Shown: positions 41,436 to 50,814, counted from the stretch's first letter. The stretch: 64,000 bases of DNA from an uncultured Candidatus Rokubacteria bacterium (GCA_963771355.1 CAVYTA010000006.1:2208001-2272000), one strand, 5' to 3'. Notes: a model not told the origin generated them from the sequence alone. Numbers and translations: made by a program.

Positions 41436-42179
41436 GTGAAGCACTACGCCAAGGCGTTCATTGATCTCCAGCTCCACTTTGCCGGTAAGGTCGCGGCCCT
41501 GTCCGGACTCCCCCTGGCGCGCGCGCTCTTCGAATACACCAATCTCTATATCCGGTTTGGACTGGGTCGTGATTTTGATCCCGCTCATCCGACCTGGCGG
41601 GAGTACCTGGCGGGCCTCGAGGAGGCGACCGATCATCACGAGTGGACGTATCGCTTCTACTTGATGCGATCGGAGGCTCTGGCGGCGCCCACGTTCGTGG
41701 CGACGTTTGGGTGCTTTGCTTACGCTCGGTTGACTGGTGACCGGATCCGCCTTCACTTCCAGAATTCCGAAGGGGATGGGTATTCTCCGCTGGGGACCGA
41801 TCGCCTCGGCCAGCGTCTGGCGGAGTTGGCTGCCCTCTTCAAGCACGTGAAACGCACCGTGAGACAGCCTCCGCGGGTGGTGGGGGCGTCGTGGCTGTAC
41901 AATCTCGATGCCTATCGTCGTCTCTTTCCGCCCGCATACCTGGCGACCGCTCACGCGCTGGGCCGTCGATTTCAGCACATGCCGCTATGGGGGCAGTTTC
42001 TGGACCGACACGGAGAGATCAAGGAGAGTGCGACGCGTCCGTTTCTGGAGCGTCTCGAGCGCCAGTCGAGTCTGGACAATCTCGAGCAGTGCTTCCCATT
42101 CCAGGTGCTCTCGCTCGAGGCTTCGGCACTCGAGTTCTATGACTTCTACGGGATCGAGTCACCGGCCCTTCGCCCCTGA
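41436..42179 (+). CDS. Hypothetical protein, 247 aa, possibly GNAT-like C-terminal fold
   Basis: Protein-like composition; GTG start 5 nt after the upstream stop; IRLHF...SPL...GASWLYN...WGQFL. Confidence 0.7.
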   Translation: MKHYAKAFIDLQLHFAGKVAALSGLPLARALFEYTNLYIRFGLGRDFDPAHPTWREYLAGLEEATDHHEWTYRFYLMRSEALAAPTFVATFGCFAYARLTGDRIRLHFQNSEGDGYSPLGTDRLGQRLAELAALFKHVKRTVRQPPRVVGASWLYNLDAYRRLFPPAYLATAHALGRRFQHMPLWGQFLDRHGEIKESATRPFLERLERQSSLDNLEQCFPFQVLSLEASALEFYDFYGIESPALRP

Positions 42180-42284
42180 GAGCGAGCCGGAGGGGACGAG
42201 GATCACGGGGGGATTGCCGCACGCAGTACGATTTCTTGGAGCCGCTGATCGACCACCCTCACCACGTCACCGGAGACCCCGCCA

Positions 42285-42752
42285 ATGTCCGAGCACAAGG
42301 CCACCATCAAGTGGGCGCGCAAGAGCGCACCCGACGACTTCGCCAAGGGCAAGTACTCCCGCGAGCACACCTGGACCTTCGACGGCGGGGTGACGGTGCC
42401 CGCCTCCCCCTCCCCGTCCGTGGTGCCGGTGCCCTGGTCGAACCCGGCGGCGGTGGATCCCGAGGAGGGCTACGTGGCCTCCATCTCGAGCTGCCACATG
42501 CTCACCTTTGTCTACGTGGCGCAGAAGGCGGGCTTCGTGGTGGATAGCTACGAGGACGACGCGGTCGGCGTGATGACCAAGAGCGAGCGGGGGGCCACCC
42601 CCTGGGTGAGCCAGGTGACGCTGCACCCGAAGATCGTCTACGGCGGCGAGAAGCGGCCCACCGACGCGGAGGAGGAGCATCTCCACCACGAGGCGCACGC
42701 GCAGTGCTTCATCGCGAACTCGGTGAAGACCGACATCAGCGTGAAGCGATGA
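42285..42752 (+). CDS. OsmC/Ohr family protein
   Basis: YSREHTW, DPEE, SSCHMLTF, HAQCFIANSVKT (two Cys). Confidence 0.9.
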   Translation: MSEHKATIKWARKSAPDDFAKGKYSREHTWTFDGGVTVPASPSPSVVPVPWSNPAAVDPEEGYVASISSCHMLTFVYVAQKAGFVVDSYEDDAVGVMTKSERGATPWVSQVTLHPKIVYGGEKRPTDAEEEHLHHEAHAQCFIANSVKTDISVKR

Positions 42753-43300
42753 GCACCGCGCGCACCGCCGAGCAGGAGCGCCTCAACGTGACCTGGGAAG
42801 AGCACGTGCGCGACGAGTTCGTGACCCGCGACACGGACGCGACGCTTCGCACCATGGTCCCCGACGCCTACGTGAACCATGTCCCCGTGATGACCGGGGG
42901 CGTCGGACGGGCGGAGCTCCGCGAGTTCTATTCGCGCCATTTCATCCCGAAGATGCCCCCCGACACCGAGATCGTGCCGATCTCGCGGACCATCGGGACT
43001 GACCAGCTGGTGGACGAGATGATCGTCCGCTTCACGCACACGCTGGAGATGGACTGGATGCTGCCGGGGGTGGCGCCGACCGGCCGGCGGGTCGAGATCC
43101 CATTGGTCGCGATCGTCCAGTTCCGGGATGGGAAGCTGGCCCACGAGCACATCTACTGGGACCAGGCCTCGGTGCTGGTGCAGCTCGGGCTGCTCGAACC
43201 GTCCAAGCTGCCGGTGGCCGGGGTAGAGTCAGCCCGGAAAGTGCTGGAGTCGGGTCGTCCGTCGAACGAGCTGATCCGGCGGGCGGCGGCGAAGCGGTAG
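42749..43300 (+). CDS. SnoaL-like/NTF2-fold ester cyclase family protein
   Basis: TLRTMVPDAYVNHVPVMTGGVG, VDEM, WMLPGVAPTGR, HEHIYWDQASVLVQLGLL; ATGA overlap with the OsmC gene. Confidence 0.85.
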   Translation: MSTARTAEQERLNVTWEEHVRDEFVTRDTDATLRTMVPDAYVNHVPVMTGGVGRAELREFYSRHFIPKMPPDTEIVPISRTIGTDQLVDEMIVRFTHTLEMDWMLPGVAPTGRRVEIPLVAIVQFRDGKLAHEHIYWDQASVLVQLGLLEPSKLPVAGVESARKVLESGRPSNELIRRAAAKR

Positions 43301-43301
43301 G

Positions 43302-43952
43302 CTACCGGTTGCCCTGGGCGAGGTAGAAGCTGAGCGACTCCAGCTCGATGGAGAGGTCCACGTTCTTGAGCCGCACGTCCTTGACCGCGCGGATGCGGCC
43401 GGGGGCGAAGTTGAGGATGGCCTTGATGCCGGCGGCGGTCAGCTTTTCCGTCACCGCCTGCGCGGACTCGGCGGGGACGGCCACGATGGCGATCTGGAGG
43501 TTGCGCGCCTTCGTCTCCCTCGGGAGATCGCGCATGGGCATGATGGGAATCCCTTCCTCCGTCGTGCCCGCCTTGGCCGGATCGTCGTCGAAGATGGCGA
43601 CGATGCGGAAGCCTTGCTTGGAGAAGCCCTTGTAGTGGAACAGCGCGGCGCCGAGGTTGCCGAGCCCCACCAGGGCCACCGGCCACTCACGGTCCAGCCC
43701 CAGGATCTTCTGCAGCTCCGCCTTGAGCCCTGCCACGTAGTACCCGATGCCGCGCACGCCGAACTCGCCGAAATAGGCGAGGTCCTTCCGCACCTGAGCC
43801 GAGTTGAAGTTGAAGCGCTCCGCCAGCTCCTGGGACGACACCGTCTTGACCCCGTCCTCCTCGAGCTGCTGGAGGCACCGCGTGTAGACGGAGAGCCGGC
43901 GCACAGTCATCTCCGGGATCTTGGGGATCTTGAAGTGCGAGCGCGGCGCCAT
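43302..43952 (-). CDS. rex: Redox-sensing transcriptional repressor Rex
   Basis: RRLSVYTRCL, SSQELA, QVRKDLAYFGEFGVRGIGY, VGLGNLG, ILNFAP. Confidence 0.96.
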   Translation of the reverse strand: MAPRSHFKIPKIPEMTVRRLSVYTRCLQQLEEDGVKTVSSQELAERFNFNSAQVRKDLAYFGEFGVRGIGYYVAGLKAELQKILGLDREWPVALVGLGNLGAALFHYKGFSKQGFRIVAIFDDDPAKAGTTEEGIPIMPMRDLPRETKARNLQIAIVAVPAESAQAVTEKLTAAGIKAILNFAPGRIRAVKDVRLKNVDLSIELESLSFYLAQGNR

Positions 43953-43981
43953 GGTTACCCTGCCAGCAACGGCCCTCGACG

Positions 43982-44007
43982 CGGGCGCCCGGCCGACCGG
44001 GCGCCCG
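43982..44007. other. Perfect 11-bp inverted repeat between atpE and rex
   Basis: cgggcgcccgg-ccga-ccgggcgcccg; no U-tract. Confidence 0.7.
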
Positions 44008-44024
44008 TCCCGCGGGCCGGGAGT

Positions 44025-44336
44025 CTACGACTTCACAAAGAGCAGGATGACAGCAATGACGAACACGAAGAGCACGAGGGACTCGATGAACGCGAGACCC
44101 AGGATCATCGCGGTCTGGATGCGGTTGGTGTTGCCGGGCTGGCGCGCCATCGCGTCCACCGCCGAGCCCGCCGCCCGCCCCTGGCCGAGGCCGCACAGCC
44201 CGGCCGCCAGTCCGAAGCCGATTCCCGCCGCGATCGCGGCGAACGGCTTGATCCATCCCTCGCCCCCGTCCACGGCCCACGCGATTCCGGGCACCGCGAG
44301 CACCGCCATCAGCGCGAACATCAGTGTACGTCGCAC
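44025..44336 (-). CDS. atpE: F0 ATP synthase subunit c with N-terminal signal-like extension
   Basis: GLGQG, ARQP loop, LAFIESL. Confidence 0.95.
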   Translation of the reverse strand: MRRTLMFALMAVLAVPGIAWAVDGGEGWIKPFAAIAAGIGFGLAAGLCGLGQGRAAGSAVDAMARQPGNTNRIQTAMILGLAFIESLVLFVFVIAVILLFVKS

Positions 44337-44370
44337 GGACTTCCTCCTTGGTGTGTGGGTCCTGGTCTAC

Positions 44371-45153
44371 CTAGTGATGCCCCGCGGGGGCGTGGTGCGC
44401 CTCGTGCTCCGCTTCCTCGAGGGCGCCCGTGATGTAGATCATGGTGAGCATGCAGAAGATGAAGGCCTGGAGGAACGCGACCAGGATTTTCAGCGGCATG
44501 AGGAACCCGATCACGAAGGCGGCGGAGACGAGGGCGCCGGGGGCGCCGATCAGGATGCCCCCCAGCGAGCCCGTCAGCGCCCAGCCGAGCAGCCCGTCGA
44601 AGCCCATCATGAAGAAGAAGATGGCGATGAGGATGTGGCCGCCGGCCATGTTCCCGAAGAGCCGCAGGGAGAGCGAGAGCGGGCGGGCCAGATGGCTGAT
44701 GATCTCGATGACGAACATCAGCGGCTTGAGCGGACCCGGCACCGGTCCGGCGAAGTGCTTGAGGTAGTTGAGCGCGCCCTGCTTGCGGACGCCGATCACG
44801 TGGTAGGTGAAAAAGACGATCAGGGCGCACGCCGCGGTGGTGTTGAGGTTGGCGGTGGGCGCTACCAGTCCGGGCACCAGCCCCATCAGGTTGGAGACCA
44901 GGATGAAGAGCCCCAGCGTGCCGATCAGGGGCAGGTAGCGCCGCCCCCCCGCGCCGATCACCTCGTCCAGGATCTGGTGGAACTGGTCCAGCACCATCTC
45001 CATGAAATTCTGGGCGCCGCGCGGGACCAGCTCGAGCCGGCGCGTGGCGAAGAAGGAGACGGTGACGAGGATGAGCATGGCGATCCACGTATAGGTGACG
45101 TGATCCGGAATGCTCGCGAAGTGCAGGATCGGCGGATGGTCGATGATTTCCAC
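44371..45153 (-). CDS. atpB: F0 ATP synthase subunit a
   Basis: PTANLNTT, IEIISHLARPLSLSLRLFGNMAGGH, LQAFIFCMLT. Confidence 0.97.
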   Translation of the reverse strand: MEIIDHPPILHFASIPDHVTYTWIAMLILVTVSFFATRRLELVPRGAQNFMEMVLDQFHQILDEVIGAGGRRYLPLIGTLGLFILVSNLMGLVPGLVAPTANLNTTAACALIVFFTYHVIGVRKQGALNYLKHFAGPVPGPLKPLMFVIEIISHLARPLSLSLRLFGNMAGGHILIAIFFFMMGFDGLLGWALTGSLGGILIGAPGALVSAAFVIGFLMPLKILVAFLQAFIFCMLTMIYITGALEEAEHEAHHAPAGHH

Positions 45154-45164
45154 GGGGTCGGTCC

Positions 45165-45518
45165 TCAGTCCCGGGCGGCGTGCAGGCCCTGCACCACCAG
45201 CACGGGCGGCAGCACGAGCAGGCCGGCGGCCACCGCCACCGGGTGGGTCCAGTCACTGACGACGAGGCCGCCGAGGCTGGCGAACACGGCGAGCTGGCGC
45301 AGCCCGAGGCGGAGACGGCGCCGGCCGTTGTCGGTGGCGCGCACGGCCTCTCGCGCGAGCCCGCCGAAGTTCAGGAGCGCGACGAGAGCTCCGCCGATCA
45401 CTCCCGCGGCCGCGCCGGGCCCGAAGAGGATGGCGGCCCCCACGGCGAGAGGCAGGGTCACCACCAGCCCGGTCACGATCACGCGCTTCGCCAGCTCAGT
45501 TGCCATTGTTCCCATCAT
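45165..45518 (-). CDS. ATP synthase protein I-like membrane protein
   Basis: Four hydrophobic segments, GGALVALLNF; directly upstream of atpB. Confidence 0.65.
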   Translation of the reverse strand: MMGTMATELAKRVIVTGLVVTLPLAVGAAILFGPGAAAGVIGGALVALLNFGGLAREAVRATDNGRRRLRLGLRQLAVFASLGGLVVSDWTHPVAVAAGLLVLPPVLVVQGLHAARD

Positions 45519-45738
45519 TCATGCGGTTCAGCGCCCGGAGGGCGCGGGCGAAATTGACCGCGGCCGCCGCGATTCCGAAGCCCAGCCCGACCAGGAGGAG
45601 CCACGGCTCTGTCCCCAGCCACCGGTCGGCGAAATACCCCAGCGCCAACCCGATGACGACACATCCGAACAGCACCGTGCCGAGCTGCGCAAAGCTCGCG
45701 ATTCCCTTCCATGCCGACCGGTCCATCCCGGGGGCCAT
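45496..45738 (-). CDS. AtpZ/AtpI family two-TM protein
   Basis: IGLALGYFADRWLGTEPWLLLVGLGFGIAAA; start at 45738 or 45726. Confidence 0.85.
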   Translation of the reverse strand: MAPGMDRSAWKGIASFAQLGTVLFGCVVIGLALGYFADRWLGTEPWLLLVGLGFGIAAAAVNFARALRALNRMNDGNNGN

Positions 45739-45748
45739 GTGAACAGGA

Positions 45749-45777
45749 ACACTAGCACAGGCCCCCTGACCTGACAA
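45749..45777 (-). promoter_or_regulatory. Putative sigma70 promoter of atpZ-atpI-atpB-atpE-rex
   Basis: Minus strand TTGTCA-17 nt-TAGTGT with an extended TG. Confidence 0.6.
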
Positions 45778-45844
45778 GGGCTCCTAACACGCTGATTCAA
45801 CGACGATATTCAATAGCTCTGGCGGAGGGGTTGGGTACAAAGGG

Positions 45845-47512
45845 TCACCCGAAGACCCCCCCCATCCGGGTGCCGGCGATGCGGTTGATGATCACGGTAG
45901 AGATGGCCGCGACGATGATCAGGATCACCCCCAGCGCGGCCGCCTCGTTCGCGCTGCCCGCGATGTAGAAGGCGAAAATGCCGTTGGTGATCGACTCCCA
46001 GCCGCCCAGCGCGAGGAAGAGGACGGCGGAGGCCTCCTGCAGAGAGGTCATGAAGGAGAACAGGCTGCCTACCAGCACCCCCTTCCAGATCATGGGCAAG
46101 GTGATGTCGCGGAAGGCCCGGCCCGCGGTCGCGCCCACGCTGGCCGCGGCCTCTTCCATGGCCGGATGCACCAGCAGCAGCGACGCGTAGGCCCCGCGCA
46201 CCGTGTACGGCAATCGGCGCACCGCCAGCACCAGCGGCATCACGATCCAGAAGGAGGTGAGGCCGCGGTCGAAGCCGGGCAGGTCCCAGTGGAAGGCGCG
46301 GATGTACGCGATGCCGATGGCGGTGCCGGGGATGGCGAGGATCAGGGTGTTGAGCGCGTCGAGCGCCCCCCGCCCCGGCACCTGGGAACGGCCGAGGAGC
46401 CAGGCGATGGGCACGCCCACCAGGATGCAGATGGCCACCGCGATGCCGGAGTAGAGGAAGCTGTTGAGGATGTACTTCGGCGTCTCCACGATCACCCGCT
46501 CGTAGTACTGGAGCGTGTAGGCGGTCGGCAGCGGGGTCAAGGACCAGCCCTTCCCCACCGAGGCCAGCCCCACCCCGACGTACGGGATGAACGAGAAGAG
46601 GAGCACGGTGGCGAGAAAGACCGCCACCAGCGCCTGCTTGCCGGGGCTGAGGCGTCGCCGCGCGATGCGCGAGTAGGAGAGTGAGGAGTAGTCCTTGAGG
46701 CCCACGTAGTGCCGCGCGGCCAGGAGGAAGAACACCGCCAGCAGCACCATCAGCGCGGAGATCACGATGCCCATCCGGAAGATGCGCTTGTCCACGAACT
46801 GGACGATATTGAGGTAGGCCTGCGCGGCGAGGAGATCCTGGACGCCCAGCACCAGCGGGGTGGCGAAGTCGGAGAAGGTCCAGATGAACACCAGCAGCGC
46901 GCCCGCGATGTAGCCGGGGGTGGTGAGCGGCAGCGTCACCGTCCAGAACTTCCGCCAGCCCCGCGCCCCCACGCTCTCCGCCGCCTCCTCCAGCGCGGGA
47001 TCGATCTTGCCCAGGGCATCCACCACGTTCAGCGTGATCATGGGAAAGAGATGGAGCGTCTCCACCAGCACCACGCCGTGGATGCCGTAGAGGAAGTTCA
47101 CCGGCTTGAGCATGTCGAACCAGTCCATGAGCAGCACGTTCACGGTGCCGGCGCGGCCGAGGATGAAGGTGAAGCCCAGCACGCCCACCAGGGGCGGCGA
47201 GATGATCGGGATGATGGTGAGATAGCTGAAGAGGTCGCGACCGCGGAAGTCGTAACGTACCAGGAGAAAGGCCACCGCGATGCCCAGCACGCTGCTGCTG
47301 ATCACGGTGGCCACGCCCAGCACCATGGAGTTCCACAGCGAGCGCAGGTAGAAGCGGTCGGTGAAGAAGTCGTGGAAGTTGGCGAGGGTGAAGCGCCCCG
47401 CCTCGTCGGTCACCGCATCGTAGAAGATCCGCGTGAGCGGATAGACGAGGAACAGGCCCAGGAAGAGCCAGATGAGCGCCACTCCGACGACGAGCGGAAG
47501 CCGCTTCCCCAC
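45845..47512 (-). CDS. AfuB/FbpB-type ABC permease (two fused TM domains)
   Basis: Two EAA motifs (LEEAAESVGA, MEEAAASVGA); DFATPLVLG. Confidence 0.88.
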   Translation of the reverse strand: MGKRLPLVVGVALIWLFLGLFLVYPLTRIFYDAVTDEAGRFTLANFHDFFTDRFYLRSLWNSMVLGVATVISSSVLGIAVAFLLVRYDFRGRDLFSYLTIIPIISPPLVGVLGFTFILGRAGTVNVLLMDWFDMLKPVNFLYGIHGVVLVETLHLFPMITLNVVDALGKIDPALEEAAESVGARGWRKFWTVTLPLTTPGYIAGALLVFIWTFSDFATPLVLGVQDLLAAQAYLNIVQFVDKRIFRMGIVISALMVLLAVFFLLAARHYVGLKDYSSLSYSRIARRRLSPGKQALVAVFLATVLLFSFIPYVGVGLASVGKGWSLTPLPTAYTLQYYERVIVETPKYILNSFLYSGIAVAICILVGVPIAWLLGRSQVPGRGALDALNTLILAIPGTAIGIAYIRAFHWDLPGFDRGLTSFWIVMPLVLAVRRLPYTVRGAYASLLLVHPAMEEAAASVGATAGRAFRDITLPMIWKGVLVGSLFSFMTSLQEASAVLFLALGGWESITNGIFAFYIAGSANEAAALGVILIIVAAISTVIINRIAGTRMGGVFG

Positions 47513-47527
47513 GAGCGGAGCCGCCGA

Positions 47528-48568
47528 TCAGCCCTGCCCGAGCTGGCGGCGGAGGTAGTCGCCGATCTCCAGCGTGCAGGCCATGCCTTGCGGGATGGCC
47601 CGGGTCAGCGACACGAAGGCGTGGATCTGCCCCGAGTACTCCCGGTACTCGACGTCCGCGCCCGCTTTCCGGAGCGCCTCCGCGTAGAGCTGGCCCTCAT
47701 CCCGCAGCGGGTCGAAGCCCGCGGTGACCACCAGCGCGGGGGGCTGGCCGCGGAGGTCCCCGCGGATGGGCGAGGCGCGGATGTCGAGCTTGTCGGCGTC
47801 TCCCCGCAGGTACTGCTGGGCGTACCAGAGGATGCGGTCGCGCGGGATGATGTGCCCGTCCGCGAGCTCGGCGTGGGAATGCGTGTCGAGCGCGAAGTCG
47901 GTCGCCGGATAGATGAGCACCTGGCAGCTCGGGACGGGCAGGCCTTCCGCCCGGGCCTGCTGAGACACCACCGCGGAGAGATTGCCGCCCGCCGAGTCGC
48001 CGCCCACACCCACGCGCGCGGAGTCGGCACCGATCTCGCGCCCGTGCCCGCGGAGCCAGCGATACGCGGCCAGGCAGTCCTCCACCGCGGCGGGGAACTT
48101 GTGCTCGGGGGCCAGGCGATAGTCCACCGCCACCACCACGATGCCCGCTCGCTGCGCGAGACGCGCGCAGAGGCCATGATGGGTCTCGAGGTCGCCTTGC
48201 ACCCAGCCGCCGCCGTGGAAATACGCCAGCGTGGGCCGGACCCCTCCCCCGCCTACTGGATCGTAGACACGCGCGGGGATGTCGCCGGCGGAGCCGGGAA
48301 TCTTGATCTCCTCGATGCGCGGCAAGGCCGGCGCCGGCTCGTCCATCAGGGTCACCATGGTGCGAAGCTGCTGGCGCAGCTCGGGCAGTGGCGGGTAGTA
48401 GCCCGGCACGCGGATCGACTTCACGAACTCGCCCACGATCTGCGCCTTGGGGTCCATGGTGCGGCCGCCCAGGCTGATGCGATGTCCGGCGAGGAAGGTG
48501 AGCGCGCCCGCCTCGTCCAGCAAGGTGTGGGCCAGCTCCAGCTTGGGCAGCGTCGGCTTCTCCGTCAT
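47528..48568 (-). CDS. Hormone-sensitive-lipase family (family IV) alpha/beta hydrolase
   Basis: HGGGW, DYRLAPEH, GDSAGG, FDPLRDEG, HAF; no signal peptide. Confidence 0.92.
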   Translation of the reverse strand: MTEKPTLPKLELAHTLLDEAGALTFLAGHRISLGGRTMDPKAQIVGEFVKSIRVPGYYPPLPELRQQLRTMVTLMDEPAPALPRIEEIKIPGSAGDIPARVYDPVGGGGVRPTLAYFHGGGWVQGDLETHHGLCARLAQRAGIVVVAVDYRLAPEHKFPAAVEDCLAAYRWLRGHGREIGADSARVGVGGDSAGGNLSAVVSQQARAEGLPVPSCQVLIYPATDFALDTHSHAELADGHIIPRDRILWYAQQYLRGDADKLDIRASPIRGDLRGQPPALVVTAGFDPLRDEGQLYAEALRKAGADVEYREYSGQIHAFVSLTRAIPQGMACTLEIGDYLRRQLGQG

Positions 48569-49653
48569 GGCTCCTCCGGTAACGCCAGGGTGACCGAGGC
48601 CGGGAAGGACACCGTCACCGCCTGGCCCAGGGGCATGGGATCGTGATGCCAGGGATCGCGAATATCGGCCTTGAGCACGAGCCCGCTGCCGGTCTCCACG
48701 TCATAGCGCAGGGTATTGCCGAGATACGAGGTGAAGGACACGCGGCCCCTCACGTGATTGCCGCCGGCCGTGCCCTCCGCGAGGGTGGCGTCTCCCCGGG
48801 CGATGGCAATGTTCTCCGGGCGAATGGCGAGCACGCAGCGGTCCGCGATCGCGGCGGCGTTGGGGATGGCCTCGAGGCGGCCGACTCCGGTCTCGACGAA
48901 CATGCGCTCGCCGCGCCGCTCGCGCACCTGGCCGGGCAGGAGGTTATTGGTCCCCACGAAGTCGGCGACGAAGCGCGTGCGCGGCCGCTCGTAGAGCTCC
49001 TTGGGCACGCCCACCTGGAGCACGCGGCCGTCCTTCATGACCGCCACCCGATCCGAAAGCGACAGCGCCTCCTCCTGGTCGTGGGTGACGTAGATGGTGG
49101 TGATGCGCAGCTCCTGCTGGAGCTTGCGGATCTCCGCGCGCACCTGGACCCGGATCTTGGCATCCAGGTTCGAGAGCGGCTCGTCGAGCAGGAGGATGTC
49201 GGGGTTGAGCACCAGCGCCCGGGCCAGCGCCACCCGTTGCTGCTGCCCGCCCGAGAGCTGCCCCGGGTAGCGGGACTCGAGCCCGCCGAGATTGACCTTG
49301 GCGAGCCCCTCGCGCACGCGGCGCTCGACCTCCGCGCCGCCGAGCTTGCGGAGGCGGAGGCCATACGAGACATTGCCCGCCACCGTCATGTGCGGCCACA
49401 GCGCGTAGTTCTGGAACACCATGCCGATATTGCGCTCGTAGGGCGCGAGCCCGTTCACCACCCGCTCCCCGAAGCGGATCTCGCCCCCGTCGGGCTGGTA
49501 GAAGCCGGCGAGGAGCCGCAGCAGGGTGGTCTTGCCGCAGCCCGACGGGCCCAGCAGGGTGAAGAGCTCGCCGTCGGCGACGTCCAGCTCGGCGCGGTCC
49601 ACCGCCGTGACCGCGCCGAACCGCTTGACGACGCCGTGGATGCCGATCTTCAC
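48565..49653 (-). CDS. AfuC/PotA-type ABC ATPase with TOBE domain
   Basis: GPSGCGKTT, VFQNYALWPH, LSGGQQQR, DEPLSNLD. Confidence 0.92.
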   Translation of the reverse strand: MKIGIHGVVKRFGAVTAVDRAELDVADGELFTLLGPSGCGKTTLLRLLAGFYQPDGGEIRFGERVVNGLAPYERNIGMVFQNYALWPHMTVAGNVSYGLRLRKLGGAEVERRVREGLAKVNLGGLESRYPGQLSGGQQQRVALARALVLNPDILLLDEPLSNLDAKIRVQVRAEIRKLQQELRITTIYVTHDQEEALSLSDRVAVMKDGRVLQVGVPKELYERPRTRFVADFVGTNNLLPGQVRERRGERMFVETGVGRLEAIPNAAAIADRCVLAIRPENIAIARGDATLAEGTAGGNHVRGRVSFTSYLGNTLRYDVETGSGLVLKADIRDPWHHDPMPLGQAVTVSFPASVTLALPEEP

Positions 49654-49672
49654 GCGAGGTCTTGCGCCCGCT

Positions 49673-50794
49673 CTACTTCTTCAGCTCGTCCCAGCGGGCT
49701 TCGATATCGGAGCGGAACTTGGTCTTCAGCGCCTCCGACCGCTTGGTCGCCACCGCCTCGTCGTAGACATTGGCCACTTCCTGGTCGAAGTAGGAGCGCA
49801 CGCCGCCGGTGAACTGCACGGCCAGCTCCGCGGTGGAGCCGGGCGGCCCCTGCACCTTGTACTTCGGCGTCAGCGGGAAGAGCCCGCGCTCCATGAAGAC
49901 GCGCTGGCCCCGCTCGGTGAGGAGGAACTCGATGAAGGCCCGCGCCGCCTTCGGATTGCGGGCGCCGGCCAGGATGGCCATGGGCTCGGGCGTCACGAAG
50001 GCATTCTTCGGCGCCACGAACTTGAGGTCGAAGCCGGCCAGCTTCTCCTCGAAGGCCATGTAGGACGGCACCGCGAAGCCGGCGGCGAACTCGCCCTTGG
50101 CCACCACCGTCGGCACGTCGCGGCTCCGGGCGGTGAAGTGGCCGGTCTGGGCGGCGAGCTTGCGCAGCCACTCCCAGCCCTTCTCCTCCCCGAGCATCGA
50201 GAGCATCACCTCGTAGGTCGCGTTCGACGACGACGATCGGGTGGGCGCGCACTGGACCACCTCGCCCTTCAGCTTGGGGTGGAGCAGATCGTCCCACTCC
50301 TTCAGCTCGGGAACGCCGAGGCGCTGCAGACGTCGCGGGTGATAGACGAGGCCGTAGGGCTCCAGTGCGGTGCCCACCCAGTAGCCGTCCTTGTCCTTGA
50401 GCGGGATGGGCTTGGGCTTGCCGATGGCGGCGGGAATCCCGTCCCACGCCTCCTTGGAGATCTCGACCTTCTGCAAGAGCTTCTGCTCCGCGAGCTTCTC
50501 GAACAGCGCCGACTCCCCGCCCCAGAAGATGTCCACGTCGGGCTTGCCCTTCCACTCCGTGACGCGGCCGTACGCCACCGGCGTGCCGGCCGGGATGGCG
50601 CTCACTTTCATGGTGACGTTCCACTTCTCCTTGGCGTAGTCCGCGAAGGCCTTGAGGGCGGCGTCGTGGATGAACTTCGACACCGGCGTGATGAGGGCCA
50701 GCTCGCTCTCGATGGGCGCCTGCGCGGCGGCGGGGCCGGCGGGCGTGGCGAGGACGAGCAGGGCGAAGGCGAGCGTGGCGACGATCCGGATCAT
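49673..50794 (-). CDS. AfuA/Fbp-like extracellular solute-binding protein
   Basis: Signal peptide (MIRIVATLAF...AAAQA), DVDIFWGG, PTRSSSS, GWEWL, AARAFIEFLL. Confidence 0.82.
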   Translation of the reverse strand: MIRIVATLAFALLVLATPAGPAAAQAPIESELALITPVSKFIHDAALKAFADYAKEKWNVTMKVSAIPAGTPVAYGRVTEWKGKPDVDIFWGGESALFEKLAEQKLLQKVEISKEAWDGIPAAIGKPKPIPLKDKDGYWVGTALEPYGLVYHPRRLQRLGVPELKEWDDLLHPKLKGEVVQCAPTRSSSSNATYEVMLSMLGEEKGWEWLRKLAAQTGHFTARSRDVPTVVAKGEFAAGFAVPSYMAFEEKLAGFDLKFVAPKNAFVTPEPMAILAGARNPKAARAFIEFLLTERGQRVFMERGLFPLTPKYKVQGPPGSTAELAVQFTGGVRSYFDQEVANVYDEAVATKRSEALKTKFRSDIEARWDELKK

Positions 50795-50814
50795 GCGAGG
50801 CCTCCTTTGAGAAG

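Noticed and set aside
40876..41978. Minus-strand ORFs 40876-41232 and 41211-41978
   Set aside because: They overlap the better-supported plus-strand genes, which have an RBS/promoter and family-like motifs
44025..44336. Na+-translocating ATP synthase
   Set aside because: Lacks the T and Y of the full Q...EST..Y sodium signature
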